This document shows positions 45,176 through 53,201 of a stretch of 64,000 bases of DNA, one piece after another. The stretch lies in the sequence record NC_049849.1. The stretch is one strand, 5' to 3'. Both the position numbers and the translations under genes were made by a program. Each line of letters starts with the position of its first letter. Position 1 is the stretch's first letter. The notes beneath the pieces were generated by a model, which did no database searches, was not told where the DNA came from, and saw only the letters and a program-made list of their open reading frames with translations.

Positions 45176-45338
45176 CAGTCCATGCGTCGGAGTCTGCTCA
45201 ACTCTCTACACTGAAATCTGCAATGGTTGCGGTCGTACCTACATGGAAGCAGCCAACTGGGTGTTCATGGATGAGGAAGAAAAAGACAAGGTATGGATTC
45301 GCATTACTGCCGAGGGATTCCCTAAGCGGAAAATTTAA
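45153..45338 (+). CDS. DUF1289 family Cys-rich protein
   Basis: PDSPCVGVCST...ICNGCGRT..EAANW.FMDEEEK..VW.RI. Confidence 0.85.
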   Translation: MDTNQRPDSPCVGVCSTLYTEICNGCGRTYMEAANWVFMDEEEKDKVWIRITAEGFPKRKI

Positions 45339-45340
45339 TA
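45332..45340 (+). promoter_or_regulatory. AATTT(A/C)ATA motif
   Basis: Overlaps the DUF1289 stop; upstream of 45397. Confidence 0.45.
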
Positions 45341-45345
45341 CCAAT

Positions 45346-45380
45346 GGGAAGTCCTAGAGATAGGGCTTCCCTATTCTCGT
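45346..45380 (+). terminator. hairpin with GAGA tetraloop, probable terminator
   Basis: GGGAAGTCCTA-GAGA-TAGGGCTTCCC followed by a T-rich tract. Confidence 0.65.
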
Positions 45381-45396
45381 TTCTAGGAGTTCCACA

Positions 45397-45624
45397 ATGC
45401 TTGTCGCTTCAATTCATTTGAACATCACCGGTACGGTGTACTCGGTCTTCACCACTGAGGATGGCGCGACCACGACTACGGTCTTGTCAGACGAGGATCA
45501 CTTTGTAGAATGGGTGGCGCTGGTCGTGCCGTTCCTGAATCGTTGGTCCGGCGCTCAGTACACTTGTACGGCTACGATGATCGATCAAGAGAACTACAAG
45601 ATCGAAGTCGATGATGGTACGTGA
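45397..45624 (+). CDS. hypothetical protein
   Basis: AGGAG RBS; 75 aa. Confidence 0.65.
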   Translation: MLVASIHLNITGTVYSVFTTEDGATTTTVLSDEDHFVEWVALVVPFLNRWSGAQYTCTATMIDQENYKIEVDDGT

Positions 45625-45628
45625 AAAT

Positions 45629-45636
45629 CGTAAATA
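45629..45636 (+). promoter_or_regulatory. TCGTAAATA motif
   Basis: Intergenic, before 45645. Confidence 0.5.
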
Positions 45637-45644
45637 GAGATTGA

Positions 45645-46157
45645 ATGCGTCATGCAGACTTGCAGGCGCCAACGTTGTTCAAATCAACAGTACAACAAAT
45701 GAAAACACTGACTCGTCCCTACCACGTTGTAGATCAGCTCAAGACGCTTCAAGAGTGTGGTGAGTATCTGCTGGCCATGAGCGAGCACAACGACCTTGAC
45801 GCTATGGAACGCGCACTCGGCGATGTGTACAGCGTCATCAAGCGCTTGCGCGAAGGCCCGACCAACGCGCTGGAGTTTCAAAAAGAATCGGGCAACGATC
45901 TGACGTGGACAGCATGCACTGCATTCGGCGATCACACCAACGTTGAAGTCGTGCCGATCTACATGGGTCCCGGTGCAGGCTACGTGCTGGCGCATCCGCA
46001 ACGCCTGCGCTATGCTGACACCAAGCAGCTGGTCTATCACAACCGTGAGCGTCTCCGCAGGTATTTCCTGTACACGCCACCGTCTATGTTCCAGTCGCTG
46101 ACCAACACCACTACCAGCACTTCCATCTTCAAAGGACCAGGAGGTCCCAATGTTTAA
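45645..46157 (+). CDS. hypothetical protein
   Basis: 170-aa ORF; start could be later. Confidence 0.6.
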   Translation: MRHADLQAPTLFKSTVQQMKTLTRPYHVVDQLKTLQECGEYLLAMSEHNDLDAMERALGDVYSVIKRLREGPTNALEFQKESGNDLTWTACTAFGDHTNVEVVPIYMGPGAGYVLAHPQRLRYADTKQLVYHNRERLRRYFLYTPPSMFQSLTNTTTSTSIFKGPGGPNV

Positions 46158-46527
46158 CCCGATCGAAGAAGCAGTCGAGAAGCTCAACGCTGCGAGCGGC
46201 TTAGCTGAAACCAAATTCCACAATCTGTCGGAGAACGAGACTTACGAGGAACGTTATCTCTGGAATCACAGCATTGGCGAACTTGTGCGAGAGCTCAGTG
46301 TGCCGCCGACCAAAGACCAAGTGTCTGACCGTGCCGAAATCAACGATGCGCTATGGCAGGAGTTTAAAGCCACCGACTTGTGCAAGCATTTGTTGGCTGT
46401 GACCGAGCGCGCCTTTAAGTACGAAGGCTTCAAAGAAAACCCGCCCGAGCGATACAAGCCTCAAGCGCTGGCTGAGGTCATGGGCTACTATATCAGGGAA
46501 CTCAAAAATGCCACAAGCATCAGCTGA
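46150..46527 (+). CDS. hypothetical protein
   Basis: AGGAGG RBS. Confidence 0.7.
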   Translation: MFNPIEEAVEKLNAASGLAETKFHNLSENETYEERYLWNHSIGELVRELSVPPTKDQVSDRAEINDALWQEFKATDLCKHLLAVTERAFKYEGFKENPPERYKPQALAEVMGYYIRELKNATSIS

Positions 46528-46714
46528 ACTCGCCGCGAAGTTCAAGGACGACGGCGACGCATTCGAAGTCTTGGCCGACCGTTTCCATGTTGGCACCAAT
46601 GGGTACATTCAACCGAAGCAAGGCACTGAAGTCACCGATGACGATATGGATGCCATCGAGTATCTCGTTGACGAGTGGGACTACGGCTATGACAACACCC
46701 CGCTCGTATCATGA
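46508..46714 (+). CDS. hypothetical protein
   Basis: MPQAS...AIEYLVDEWDYGY, a recurrent phage family pattern. Confidence 0.65.
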   Translation: MPQASAELAAKFKDDGDAFEVLADRFHVGTNGYIQPKQGTEVTDDDMDAIEYLVDEWDYGYDNTPLVS

Positions 46715-46937
46715 TCTATTCATCACCACGCCGGACATTGAGCGCACGTCTATTTCGGATTTGCCGTTTCCGTTGATGGTGACTTGCTCACGCCTTGGTG
46801 GCTGGGAACTATGGAGTGGCTGCAGTGCTGACTCCAAACTCCTGGCCGGCGAGTATCACTCGAAGGGAATCAAGCTCGAATGTCAGGGCGTGGTTCTCGT
46901 AAATACATTGGAGAAGCCTGAATGCGCATCGCAGTAA
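46689..46937 (+). CDS. hypothetical protein (uncertain)
   Basis: Only ORF that fills the gap; weak RBS. Confidence 0.3.
   Translation: MTTPRSYHDLFITTPDIERTSISDLPFPLMVTCSRLGGWELWSGCSADSKLLAGEYHSKGIKLECQGVVLVNTLEKPECASQ
46898..46905 (+). promoter_or_regulatory. TCGTAAATA motif
   Basis: 16 nt before ATG 46922. Confidence 0.5.
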
Positions 46938-47206
46938 CGCCGATCGCTCTTGCCCTTGCGGGCTGTCATCAGCCGATACCACAAGACGAAACCAAAGCAG
47001 GCTCGTACACTGTACAAGACTTGTTCACCGACAAGGATGGTTGCACGGTTCGCCGCTACTCAATGGATACAAGCCCAGGCATGTCCAACTGGCGCCACTA
47101 CGTTGTGTGCCCGAAGCATGACTCGGTGACGATTACGCAGCATACCGACCAGACTGGTAAGTCCACTACGACCTCGACCACTTCCATCCCGACGGTGACC
47201 AAATGA
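46922..47206 (+). CDS. small lipoprotein
   Basis: IALALAGC lipobox; LFTDKDGCTVRR...HYVVC. Confidence 0.7.
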   Translation: MRIAVTPIALALAGCHQPIPQDETKAGSYTVQDLFTDKDGCTVRRYSMDTSPGMSNWRHYVVCPKHDSVTITQHTDQTGKSTTTSTTSIPTVTK

Positions 47207-47622
47207 CGCTACAAGGGGCCTCAATGGTAGTGCTACTGCTCTGTGCACTGCAAGTTAAACACTTCTTCGTTGACTTCGTGTTTCAGACAGACACGATGGT
47301 CCGCGAAAAGGGAATCTACGGAGCACCGGGCGGCCTCGTTCATTCGCTGCAGCACGCAGTGGCGACCGGCTTGATCGTACCCTACTTCCTAGTCGGTCCT
47401 GAGGTGTGGCGCGTCGTGACCATGACTCTGTTCATCGTGGTCTTGGAGTTCATGTGGCATTATCACACGGACTTCTACAAGATGTGGCATGGCAAGAAGC
47501 ACGGCTTGAATCCGAGCCATAAGGCGTTTTGGGTTTCGCTCGGCTTGGATCAACTCAGTCATCAACTCAACTACGTGGTGATCATATGGCTTGTACTTGC
47601 GTTCAACGCATTGCTGAACTAG
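47203..47622 (+). CDS. DUF3307 membrane protein
   Basis: KHFFVDFVFQT..M...KG.YG..GG..HS..H...HY.TD...GLDQL.H. Confidence 0.85.
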   Translation: MTLQGASMVVLLLCALQVKHFFVDFVFQTDTMVREKGIYGAPGGLVHSLQHAVATGLIVPYFLVGPEVWRVVTMTLFIVVLEFMWHYHTDFYKMWHGKKHGLNPSHKAFWVSLGLDQLSHQLNYVVIIWLVLAFNALLN

Positions 47623-47753
47623 ATAGTCAGCTCAAGACCCTTCAGCGTGAGCTTCAGGCGCTGAAGGATCAAATGCGACTGGTCATTCATCATAACGAAG
47701 GGACGCCAAGCGCACCCGTCATGTACAACCCGAACTCGAAGCTTGGTCAATGA
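47586..47753 (+). CDS. hypothetical coiled-coil protein (uncertain)
   Basis: Fills the gap; heptad pattern. Confidence 0.35.
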   Translation: MACTCVQRIAELDSQLKTLQRELQALKDQMRLVIHHNEGTPSAPVMYNPNSKLGQ

Positions 47754-48130
47754 AAGAACGCTCAGTCTTATTTATCGGCGGCCCGAAGCATGGGCGCGTC
47801 ATTTGGATGAATCAGGACCTACACGAGTTCCGCATGGAGCTCTGCCACGCAATGACTTCGATCAACGAGGGCTTTTATGCACCTGTGAAGTCGGCAACGA
47901 CCGTGATTCAATATCGCGACTCCGGCTTTCGTAGTTCCGAAGGTCACAAAATCTATACGCAAGACCTACCGGTAATCAAGATCGACGGTCGAGCTTTGCA
48001 GTTGGCAGGCGACGTTACCGAAGTACAGATTCACTTGCAGTACCTAGAGCAGCAGCTCGAAGCAACGCGTAAAGAGCGCGACCACTACAAACAGAAGTTC
48101 CAGGCAATCAAGGAAATCGCAAATGAGTAG
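47750..48130 (+). CDS. hypothetical protein
   Basis: LFIGGPKHG N-motif; C-terminal coiled coil. Confidence 0.7.
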   Translation: MKERSVLFIGGPKHGRVIWMNQDLHEFRMELCHAMTSINEGFYAPVKSATTVIQYRDSGFRSSEGHKIYTQDLPVIKIDGRALQLAGDVTEVQIHLQYLEQQLEATRKERDHYKQKFQAIKEIANE

Positions 48131-48470
48131 AAAAGTTAAAGCCCCTTCGCAGAACCTCAAGTCCGCCATGACCGCGCTGGCTAACAGTGCCGGTAGCCTG
48201 CGTCATGATAGCGAGCAGCCGAAGGGACTGACCCCGCAAGGTCTGATTGCGGAGCTCAACGGCCAGCTCGACTCGGTCTTTGCTCATCTGAGTTCGCTCC
48301 GCAGCAAGCTGCATCCTGTGATTCAGGTCAGCGCAGAGGAAGCCGGTGGCCAAATTGGCTATGCCAGCCCGACCAACGCGCCGTTGTCTATCGAACTGAA
48401 CGATCTGCGCAATCGCATGACTTCTCTTATCAACAGCATCACTTCCCTGACCGACGAGGTAGACCTGTAA
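48123..48470 (+). CDS. hypothetical helical protein, paralog A
   Basis: LNGQLD...LSIELNDL..R...TDEVDL. Confidence 0.7.
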   Translation: MSRKVKAPSQNLKSAMTALANSAGSLRHDSEQPKGLTPQGLIAELNGQLDSVFAHLSSLRSKLHPVIQVSAEEAGGQIGYASPTNAPLSIELNDLRNRMTSLINSITSLTDEVDL

Positions 48471-48829
48471 TGGCAACGCCCAACAAAGCACGCAAGATCA
48501 AAACCGCATCTGCACGTTCGCGCTCGGACGAACTCAACTATGATCCCGCTCCTATGGACCTGGCTGAGGGTGAGTCCCCGATGGGTGAGATCGAAGACCT
48601 GACCAATCAGCTCGACTACGCACTGATTACGCTTTCTCTTTCTGTGGAAGCCATGGAAAAGAGACTCCAGTTGGTGTTGACTCACCGAGTCGATGCGACG
48701 GACAAGACTGACCCGGAACTCCGGCGTTCCTACGACTCGCGTCTTGCAATCAGCCTAGACGCACTGCTTGCTCGTGTACAGCATGTGAACGATCACGTTC
48801 GCCGTATCACCGATGACGTGCGCCTCTAA
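48470..48829 (+). CDS. hypothetical helical protein, paralog B
   Basis: LTNQLD...LAISLDAL..R...TDDVRL. Confidence 0.7.
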   Translation: MATPNKARKIKTASARSRSDELNYDPAPMDLAEGESPMGEIEDLTNQLDYALITLSLSVEAMEKRLQLVLTHRVDATDKTDPELRRSYDSRLAISLDALLARVQHVNDHVRRITDDVRL

Positions 48830-49178
48830 CCCTCCTGAATGGGTTAAGCTCGGTCCGCTGTGGATTCTGTCCGGGATGGCTACCATTGCTCAGACCGGAC
48901 ATTGCGAGTATGACGTTTCGTGCATCAAGACTTCCATGCACGAATGCTATCTCGCTACGGCTTATAAGCTGCTGGACTTGTTCGAGGAATCGAATGAGCC
49001 GGCAGCTGTTGCCGTATTCAAATCCTTTGCCATGCAAGTTATACCTGCGTTGCAAGCACACGCCGGACCGCGCATCGACCTACAGGTCACCGAAGAATAT
49101 GGAACCGTCGTAGTCAACAACGGCAAGGAAGTCCAGCGTCACGTTCAGACTACGGTACGTCTCACGCGCAAAATTTAA
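48813..49178 (+). CDS. hypothetical protein
   Basis: 121-aa ORF in operon. Confidence 0.55.
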   Translation: MTCASNPPEWVKLGPLWILSGMATIAQTGHCEYDVSCIKTSMHECYLATAYKLLDLFEESNEPAAVAVFKSFAMQVIPALQAHAGPRIDLQVTEEYGTVVVNNGKEVQRHVQTTVRLTRKI

Positions 49179-49180
49179 TA
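49172..49180 (+). promoter_or_regulatory. AATTT(A/C)ATA motif
   Basis: Followed by AGGAG RBS and ATG 49200. Confidence 0.5.
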
Positions 49181-49199
49181 GTTTGCATAGGAGCACACA

Positions 49200-49571
49200 A
49201 TGGCAACATATGATTTTCGCAGTAACAAAGTTGGGGACCTCAAGATCGGCATCATGCTCGAATGGGAAACCCAGCGCATCGTCGTTGCCAGTACCTTGAA
49301 CGTGAATACGCAAGAGCGAATTCTGATTGTGAAGGCAGCCAAGCCCGAGGACCGCGAAGACGTACAGCGCTTCATCAACGCGGCCTCTGGCGAGTTCACG
49401 GTCAAGAACAATCAGAAGTTCCTAGACACTCTTGCTGCGTACGTGGACGCCAAGTACACCGTGAAGTCGAAGAAGAACTCTATAGAATTCGACAGCGCAT
49501 CGAAGGCTCAAGCCTTCGCCAAAGCTAACGGTGCGACAATCACCAAGATCGTGGTAAAGGCAAATGGCTGA
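49200..49571 (+). CDS. hypothetical basic protein (possibly late/virion)
   Basis: Strong RBS; preceded by the late-type motif. Confidence 0.75.
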   Translation: MATYDFRSNKVGDLKIGIMLEWETQRIVVASTLNVNTQERILIVKAAKPEDREDVQRFINAASGEFTVKNNQKFLDTLAAYVDAKYTVKSKKNSIEFDSASKAQAFAKANGATITKIVVKANG

Positions 49572-50430
49572 CCATGTAATGATCTTCGACGGCAACTGGT
49601 ATCTGCATCGCGCATATTCCATTGCCGGAGAAGCTTCGCCGAAGGAAGGCGTGGCTCGGCTGTTCCTATCGTTGATTGCGCGGGACGCGTTGATGAATCG
49701 CTGCAACAAGATCGCTGTAGCCTTCGACGGCGACAACGTATTCCGCTATGCGATCTACCCCGAGTACAAAGCTAACCGCGACAAGAAAAAGAAAGAGTCG
49801 AAGAAGGACGGCAAGCAGAAGTCGACCGATGGCATCTACACCATCAGCTTGCCGTTCCTGCAATCGGTGTTGACCACGCTAGAGATTCCCTGGGTGCAGC
49901 CGCCGAAGCATGAAGCCGACGACGTGCTGGCCTCTACTGCTGTGTTCTATCACAGTCAGGGCATACAGGTTACGCTTGGTGCGAAGGACAAAGACATTCA
50001 CCAGGTGCTGCGCAAAGGCATCCGGCTGTATATCTCTGACGCGAAGCCTGAACCGAAGCTGGTCAAGCATACGACGCCGAACAAGAAATTCCAAGTGCCG
50101 TATCGAAAGATGCCGCTGTATCAAACGCTGGTCGGTGATGCAATCGACAACATCAAAGGCGTGTTTGGTCCGGCTAAGGCCAAGGCGCTGGCCTTGAAGT
50201 ACAAGTCTTTGAAAGAGATTGTGGCAGGTGAGCCAGACCTCAAGAAAACGTTGATCGTAAATATGGAGAGACTGAAGCTCAACAAGCGATTGGTGACACT
50301 CATACGTGACCAACCGTGCGAAGCTGCGAAGCTTCCGAAGAATGCGCATCGCCGCATCGCCTTCAGTCCGCAATCTCTGATCGACTATTGCCAGTACCTC
50401 TATCCAAAACAGAAAGGACTATTCGGATGA
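49564..50430 (+). CDS. 5'-3' exonuclease / flap endonuclease (PolI N-terminal, T4 RNase H-like)
   Basis: IFDGNWYLHRAY, VAFDG, RYAIYPEYKANR, EADDVLAS, DKDIHQ, LVGDAIDNIKG. Confidence 0.92.
   Translation: MADHVMIFDGNWYLHRAYSIAGEASPKEGVARLFLSLIARDALMNRCNKIAVAFDGDNVFRYAIYPEYKANRDKKKKESKKDGKQKSTDGIYTISLPFLQSVLTTLEIPWVQPPKHEADDVLASTAVFYHSQGIQVTLGAKDKDIHQVLRKGIRLYISDAKPEPKLVKHTTPNKKFQVPYRKMPLYQTLVGDAIDNIKGVFGPAKAKALALKYKSLKEIVAGEPDLKKTLIVNMERLKLNKRLVTLIRDQPCEAAKLPKNAHRRIAFSPQSLIDYCQYLYPKQKGLFG
50256..50263 (+). promoter_or_regulatory. TCGTAAATA motif (intragenic)
   Basis: Inside the exonuclease 3' end, upstream of 50427. Confidence 0.35.
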
Positions 50431-50681
50431 CCACGCAAACCGTTATGATCTACGACCAGTTCGGCGTAGAGCCTTTGCAGTTCTTGGTGCTGAACGGCGA
50501 CTACACGCATCTTGACCAGGTCTTCATCAACTCAACCGAATGCACTGATGAGCAAATGGATGAGTTGTCGTCGCTGATCTACGATGGCGACGGCAACGTC
50601 ATTGCCAAGTTCAAGAAGAAGTTCCCACGCAAGGCAGTGGTCAACGGCGCCAAGGTTATTGTTGCTGGCTTCTTGCCATGA
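50427..50681 (+). CDS. hypothetical protein
   Basis: ATGA overlap; ends VIVAGFLP. Confidence 0.7.
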   Translation: MTTQTVMIYDQFGVEPLQFLVLNGDYTHLDQVFINSTECTDEQMDELSSLIYDGDGNVIAKFKKKFPRKAVVNGAKVIVAGFLP

Positions 50682-50947
50682 GGACCAACAGCGCAGTAAC
50701 TTCGGTCGAGTACAACATTCGACCCAGCGATGATCCCTTTACGCTGTACCTTTTGTATATGACCATTCGGCACGGGCCCGAAGAGCTTGTGTTTGAAATC
50801 CGAGTTGGCCATCACTGGATGCCGGCTGACGTTGATGCAGCCATCAATCGCAACATCGCCACGTACTTTTCAGCCATCATGTATCATGCCGATATCCGAT
50901 CCTGGATCAAGGAACAGCACCTGAAGCAACAGGACGAGCAATGCTGA
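50678..50947 (+). CDS. hypothetical protein
   Basis: ATGA overlap. Confidence 0.6.
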   Translation: MRTNSAVTSVEYNIRPSDDPFTLYLLYMTIRHGPEELVFEIRVGHHWMPADVDAAINRNIATYFSAIMYHADIRSWIKEQHLKQQDEQC

Positions 50948-51024
50948 AGAAAATTTTGAATGCCGCGCTGATCGTTATCGTTTGCGCGCTTGCTTTCTAC
51001 TACGGATGGAACTTCCATGCTTGA
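50941..51024 (+). CDS. 27-aa membrane peptide (not in the ORF track)
   Basis: MLKKILNAALIVIVCALAFYYGWNFHA*; fills the gap. Confidence 0.4.
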   Translation: MLKKILNAALIVIVCALAFYYGWNFHA

Positions 51025-51421
51025 CAGCTATAACTACCGTACGACTCAAAACACCAGCGTCAACGTTCAAGTCGAGCAAGCCAACGTGCATGACGCTGCA
51101 CGTCTCTATGGCGAAGTAGAGGAAAAAGTACGTAAGTCTTTCTTGGGTACGCTCAAAGCCGAGGGCCTTGCAATGTCGCTGTACGTCTCGGTCTTCTTTG
51201 ATGTGTCTGCTGACAGCATGTACGCGGTATTCGGTACGGTCGAAGTCAACGGTAGGCGCATCTATGCGAAGGTGCCGGTCAAACAATTCGACAACATACA
51301 AGACGTGGTACTGCGCTTGCGCGATGAAGTCGCCACGCAAATCGCAAACCAACTGATGGGGCAGATTCCTAACTCTGTCGGTGTAGAGGTTCATCGAATT
51401 CTGGAGCAACATAGAAAATGA
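51017..51421 (+). CDS. hypothetical protein
   Basis: Likely start ATG 51017. Confidence 0.65.
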   Translation: MLDSYNYRTTQNTSVNVQVEQANVHDAARLYGEVEEKVRKSFLGTLKAEGLAMSLYVSVFFDVSADSMYAVFGTVEVNGRRIYAKVPVKQFDNIQDVVLRLRDEVATQIANQLMGQIPNSVGVEVHRILEQHRK

Positions 51422-51648
51422 CTGAAATCAAAATCAATGCAAGCATAGAACGTCTCAAGCGCATCATCGACTGTGAGCCGGAGATTCGTCGCCGTCTCAT
51501 CGCAAGTGAGAAAGACAACGCAGCTTGCAGTGGTGTACCCTACACGGAACCCGAAGCTCTGAGCCTCGAGTACGTCGTAGACTTCCTGCTGTCGATCGGT
51601 ATCTCGCAAATCGAGTATGCCGGACTTCAGCGTCAACTGGGCAAGTAA
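51418..51648 (+). CDS. hypothetical protein
   Basis: ATGA overlap. Confidence 0.6.
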   Translation: MTEIKINASIERLKRIIDCEPEIRRRLIASEKDNAACSGVPYTEPEALSLEYVVDFLLSIGISQIEYAGLQRQLGK

Positions 51649-52032
51649 ATGGAAAAACACACTCCTGAAACCCTTCAACGTTTGATCGACATTTCGGCTA
51701 AGTTTGAAGACCTCGGCCTCATCACTCTGACTCCGAGTGAGTTCGCTCGCATTCGCGGCCAGGTCTCGGCTGATAGATTCCGAGTACCCTACGTGCTGGC
51801 TGGTGCGGCTTTCATGAACGTAATGGTCAATGATCCTGACTGGCACTCGCTCGTCGATCCGACCACGCGCCATGAGTTCCTGATGCAAGGCCACATCTGC
51901 AACTGCTTCGGCACTTCGATCTACTCGGATGCTTATTGCCTTGAGCGCCAAGTAGCGGACAATGCCCTCTTTCTGTTCTCCGAGCGCGATGGCAATCTCG
52001 TTGCTCACAAAGTAACTTTCGTCGTAGAGTAA
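51649..52032 (+). CDS. stand-alone major-capsid-protein A-domain-like protein
   Basis: LTP..FA....V......P.VL...DPTTRHEFLMQG.....G..I.SDAY matches my recollection of the axial domain of jumbo-phage HK97-fold capsid proteins. Confidence 0.6.
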   Translation: MEKHTPETLQRLIDISAKFEDLGLITLTPSEFARIRGQVSADRFRVPYVLAGAAFMNVMVNDPDWHSLVDPTTRHEFLMQGHICNCFGTSIYSDAYCLERQVADNALFLFSERDGNLVAHKVTFVVE

Positions 52033-52035
52033 CAC

Positions 52036-52839
52036 ATGAGCAAAGGCGCCAAGAAGCAAAAGGTCGCAACCGATAACCCAAAGAAGGGAAAGACTGCAAA
52101 GGACAAACGCATTGCAGAACTAGAGGCGTTGCTCGCAGGTGGCGCAGCGCCTACTCCACCACGAAAGAAAACGTGGAACATTCTGGATATGAAGGCATTG
52201 AAACCTCTGAACGAAAATCAGAGCGCAGCCTTCGATGCTTATCGAAACGGCAAGCAAGTGATTCTTGGCGGCTCGGCTGGTGCGGGTAAGTCCACACTGG
52301 CCGCCTACTTCGCCCTACACTCAGTGCTCAATGGGGATCAGAAACAGGTCATCATTGTGCGCACTACAGTGGAAGCTCGTGGTATGGGCTTCCTACCTGG
52401 CACTGAAGAAGAAAAGCTGAGTCCGTATGAACGACCCTACAGAGAAGCTCTGGGTTTCCTGTTTGGTCGCAGCTCGACGTATGACGACATGAAGGAAGCA
52501 GGGCTCGTTGCATTTGAGTCTACCGCTTTCCTTCGCTCGGTCACGCACAACGACTCTGTCGTAATTTTTGATGAGTGTCAGAACTCAACGTTTGAAGAAC
52601 TCTATACTGTAGCGACTCGACTCGGCAAAAACTCGCGGGTGATATTCATCGGCGACATTATGCAGAACGACTTGTACATGAAGAAAGAGAAGTCTGGCTT
52701 TCCTGAATTTTTGGAAATCATGGCACTGATCCCCGAGGACTTCGAGCACATCAAGTTTACTTCCGACGACGTAGTACGGTCTGGTCTGGTAAAGCGGATC
52801 ATCAAGGCCGTCGAACGACATAGAGGTATTGGCAGATGA
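52036..52839 (+). CDS. phoH: PhoH-like ATPase
   Basis: GSAGAGKS, RGMGFLPGTEEEKLSPY, TAFLRSVT, IFDECQN, TRLGKNSR, GDIMQND, DVVRSGLVK. Confidence 0.95.
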   Translation: MSKGAKKQKVATDNPKKGKTAKDKRIAELEALLAGGAAPTPPRKKTWNILDMKALKPLNENQSAAFDAYRNGKQVILGGSAGAGKSTLAAYFALHSVLNGDQKQVIIVRTTVEARGMGFLPGTEEEKLSPYERPYREALGFLFGRSSTYDDMKEAGLVAFESTAFLRSVTHNDSVVIFDECQNSTFEELYTVATRLGKNSRVIFIGDIMQNDLYMKKEKSGFPEFLEIMALIPEDFEHIKFTSDDVVRSGLVKRIIKAVERHRGIGR

Positions 52840-52955
52840 CAAAGAACAAAACCCTACTCTTCCTACTCGGCTTGAGCGTGGCCGTTGCGGCCGCGACCAA
52901 CTCGCCACCCGTCGTGGCACTGTATTTGCAAATCGCAATGACAGGAGCACTCTGA
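52836..52955 (+). CDS. 39-aa hydrophobic peptide (not in the ORF track)
   Basis: MTKNKTLLFLLGLSVAVAAA...; ATGA overlap with phoH. Confidence 0.35.
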   Translation: MTKNKTLLFLLGLSVAVAAATNSPPVVALYLQIAMTGAL

Positions 52956-53158
52956 TGTTTTGGGCACTGAGCAGTACCGCTAAAGCTATTTACCTTCTTG
53001 TGTACCTAGCCGCGTGTACGTGGCTCGGTGCCCTTTTGCTCACTCTAGTTCCGGAGTCTCCGGTTCTGAAGTGGTCGCTGAGGCTACTGGTGGGCATCAT
53101 GGTCAGCGTAATCTTTGCTGTACTGATCGTAGTGGTCGGTACAGTCATGAAGCAGTAA
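52955..53158 (+). CDS. small two-TM membrane protein
   Basis: ATG 52955 with AGGAG RBS; two hydrophobic helices. Confidence 0.65.
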   Translation: MFWALSSTAKAIYLLVYLAACTWLGALLLTLVPESPVLKWSLRLLVGIMVSVIFAVLIVVVGTVMKQ

Positions 53159-53160
53159 TT

Positions 53161-53168
53161 CGTAAATA
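53161..53168 (+). promoter_or_regulatory. TCGTAAATA motif
   Basis: Intergenic, before the Cas4-like gene. Confidence 0.55.
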
Positions 53169-53201
53169 CACATCATAATAGAGGACAAGGTATGGCAGGC
53201 A

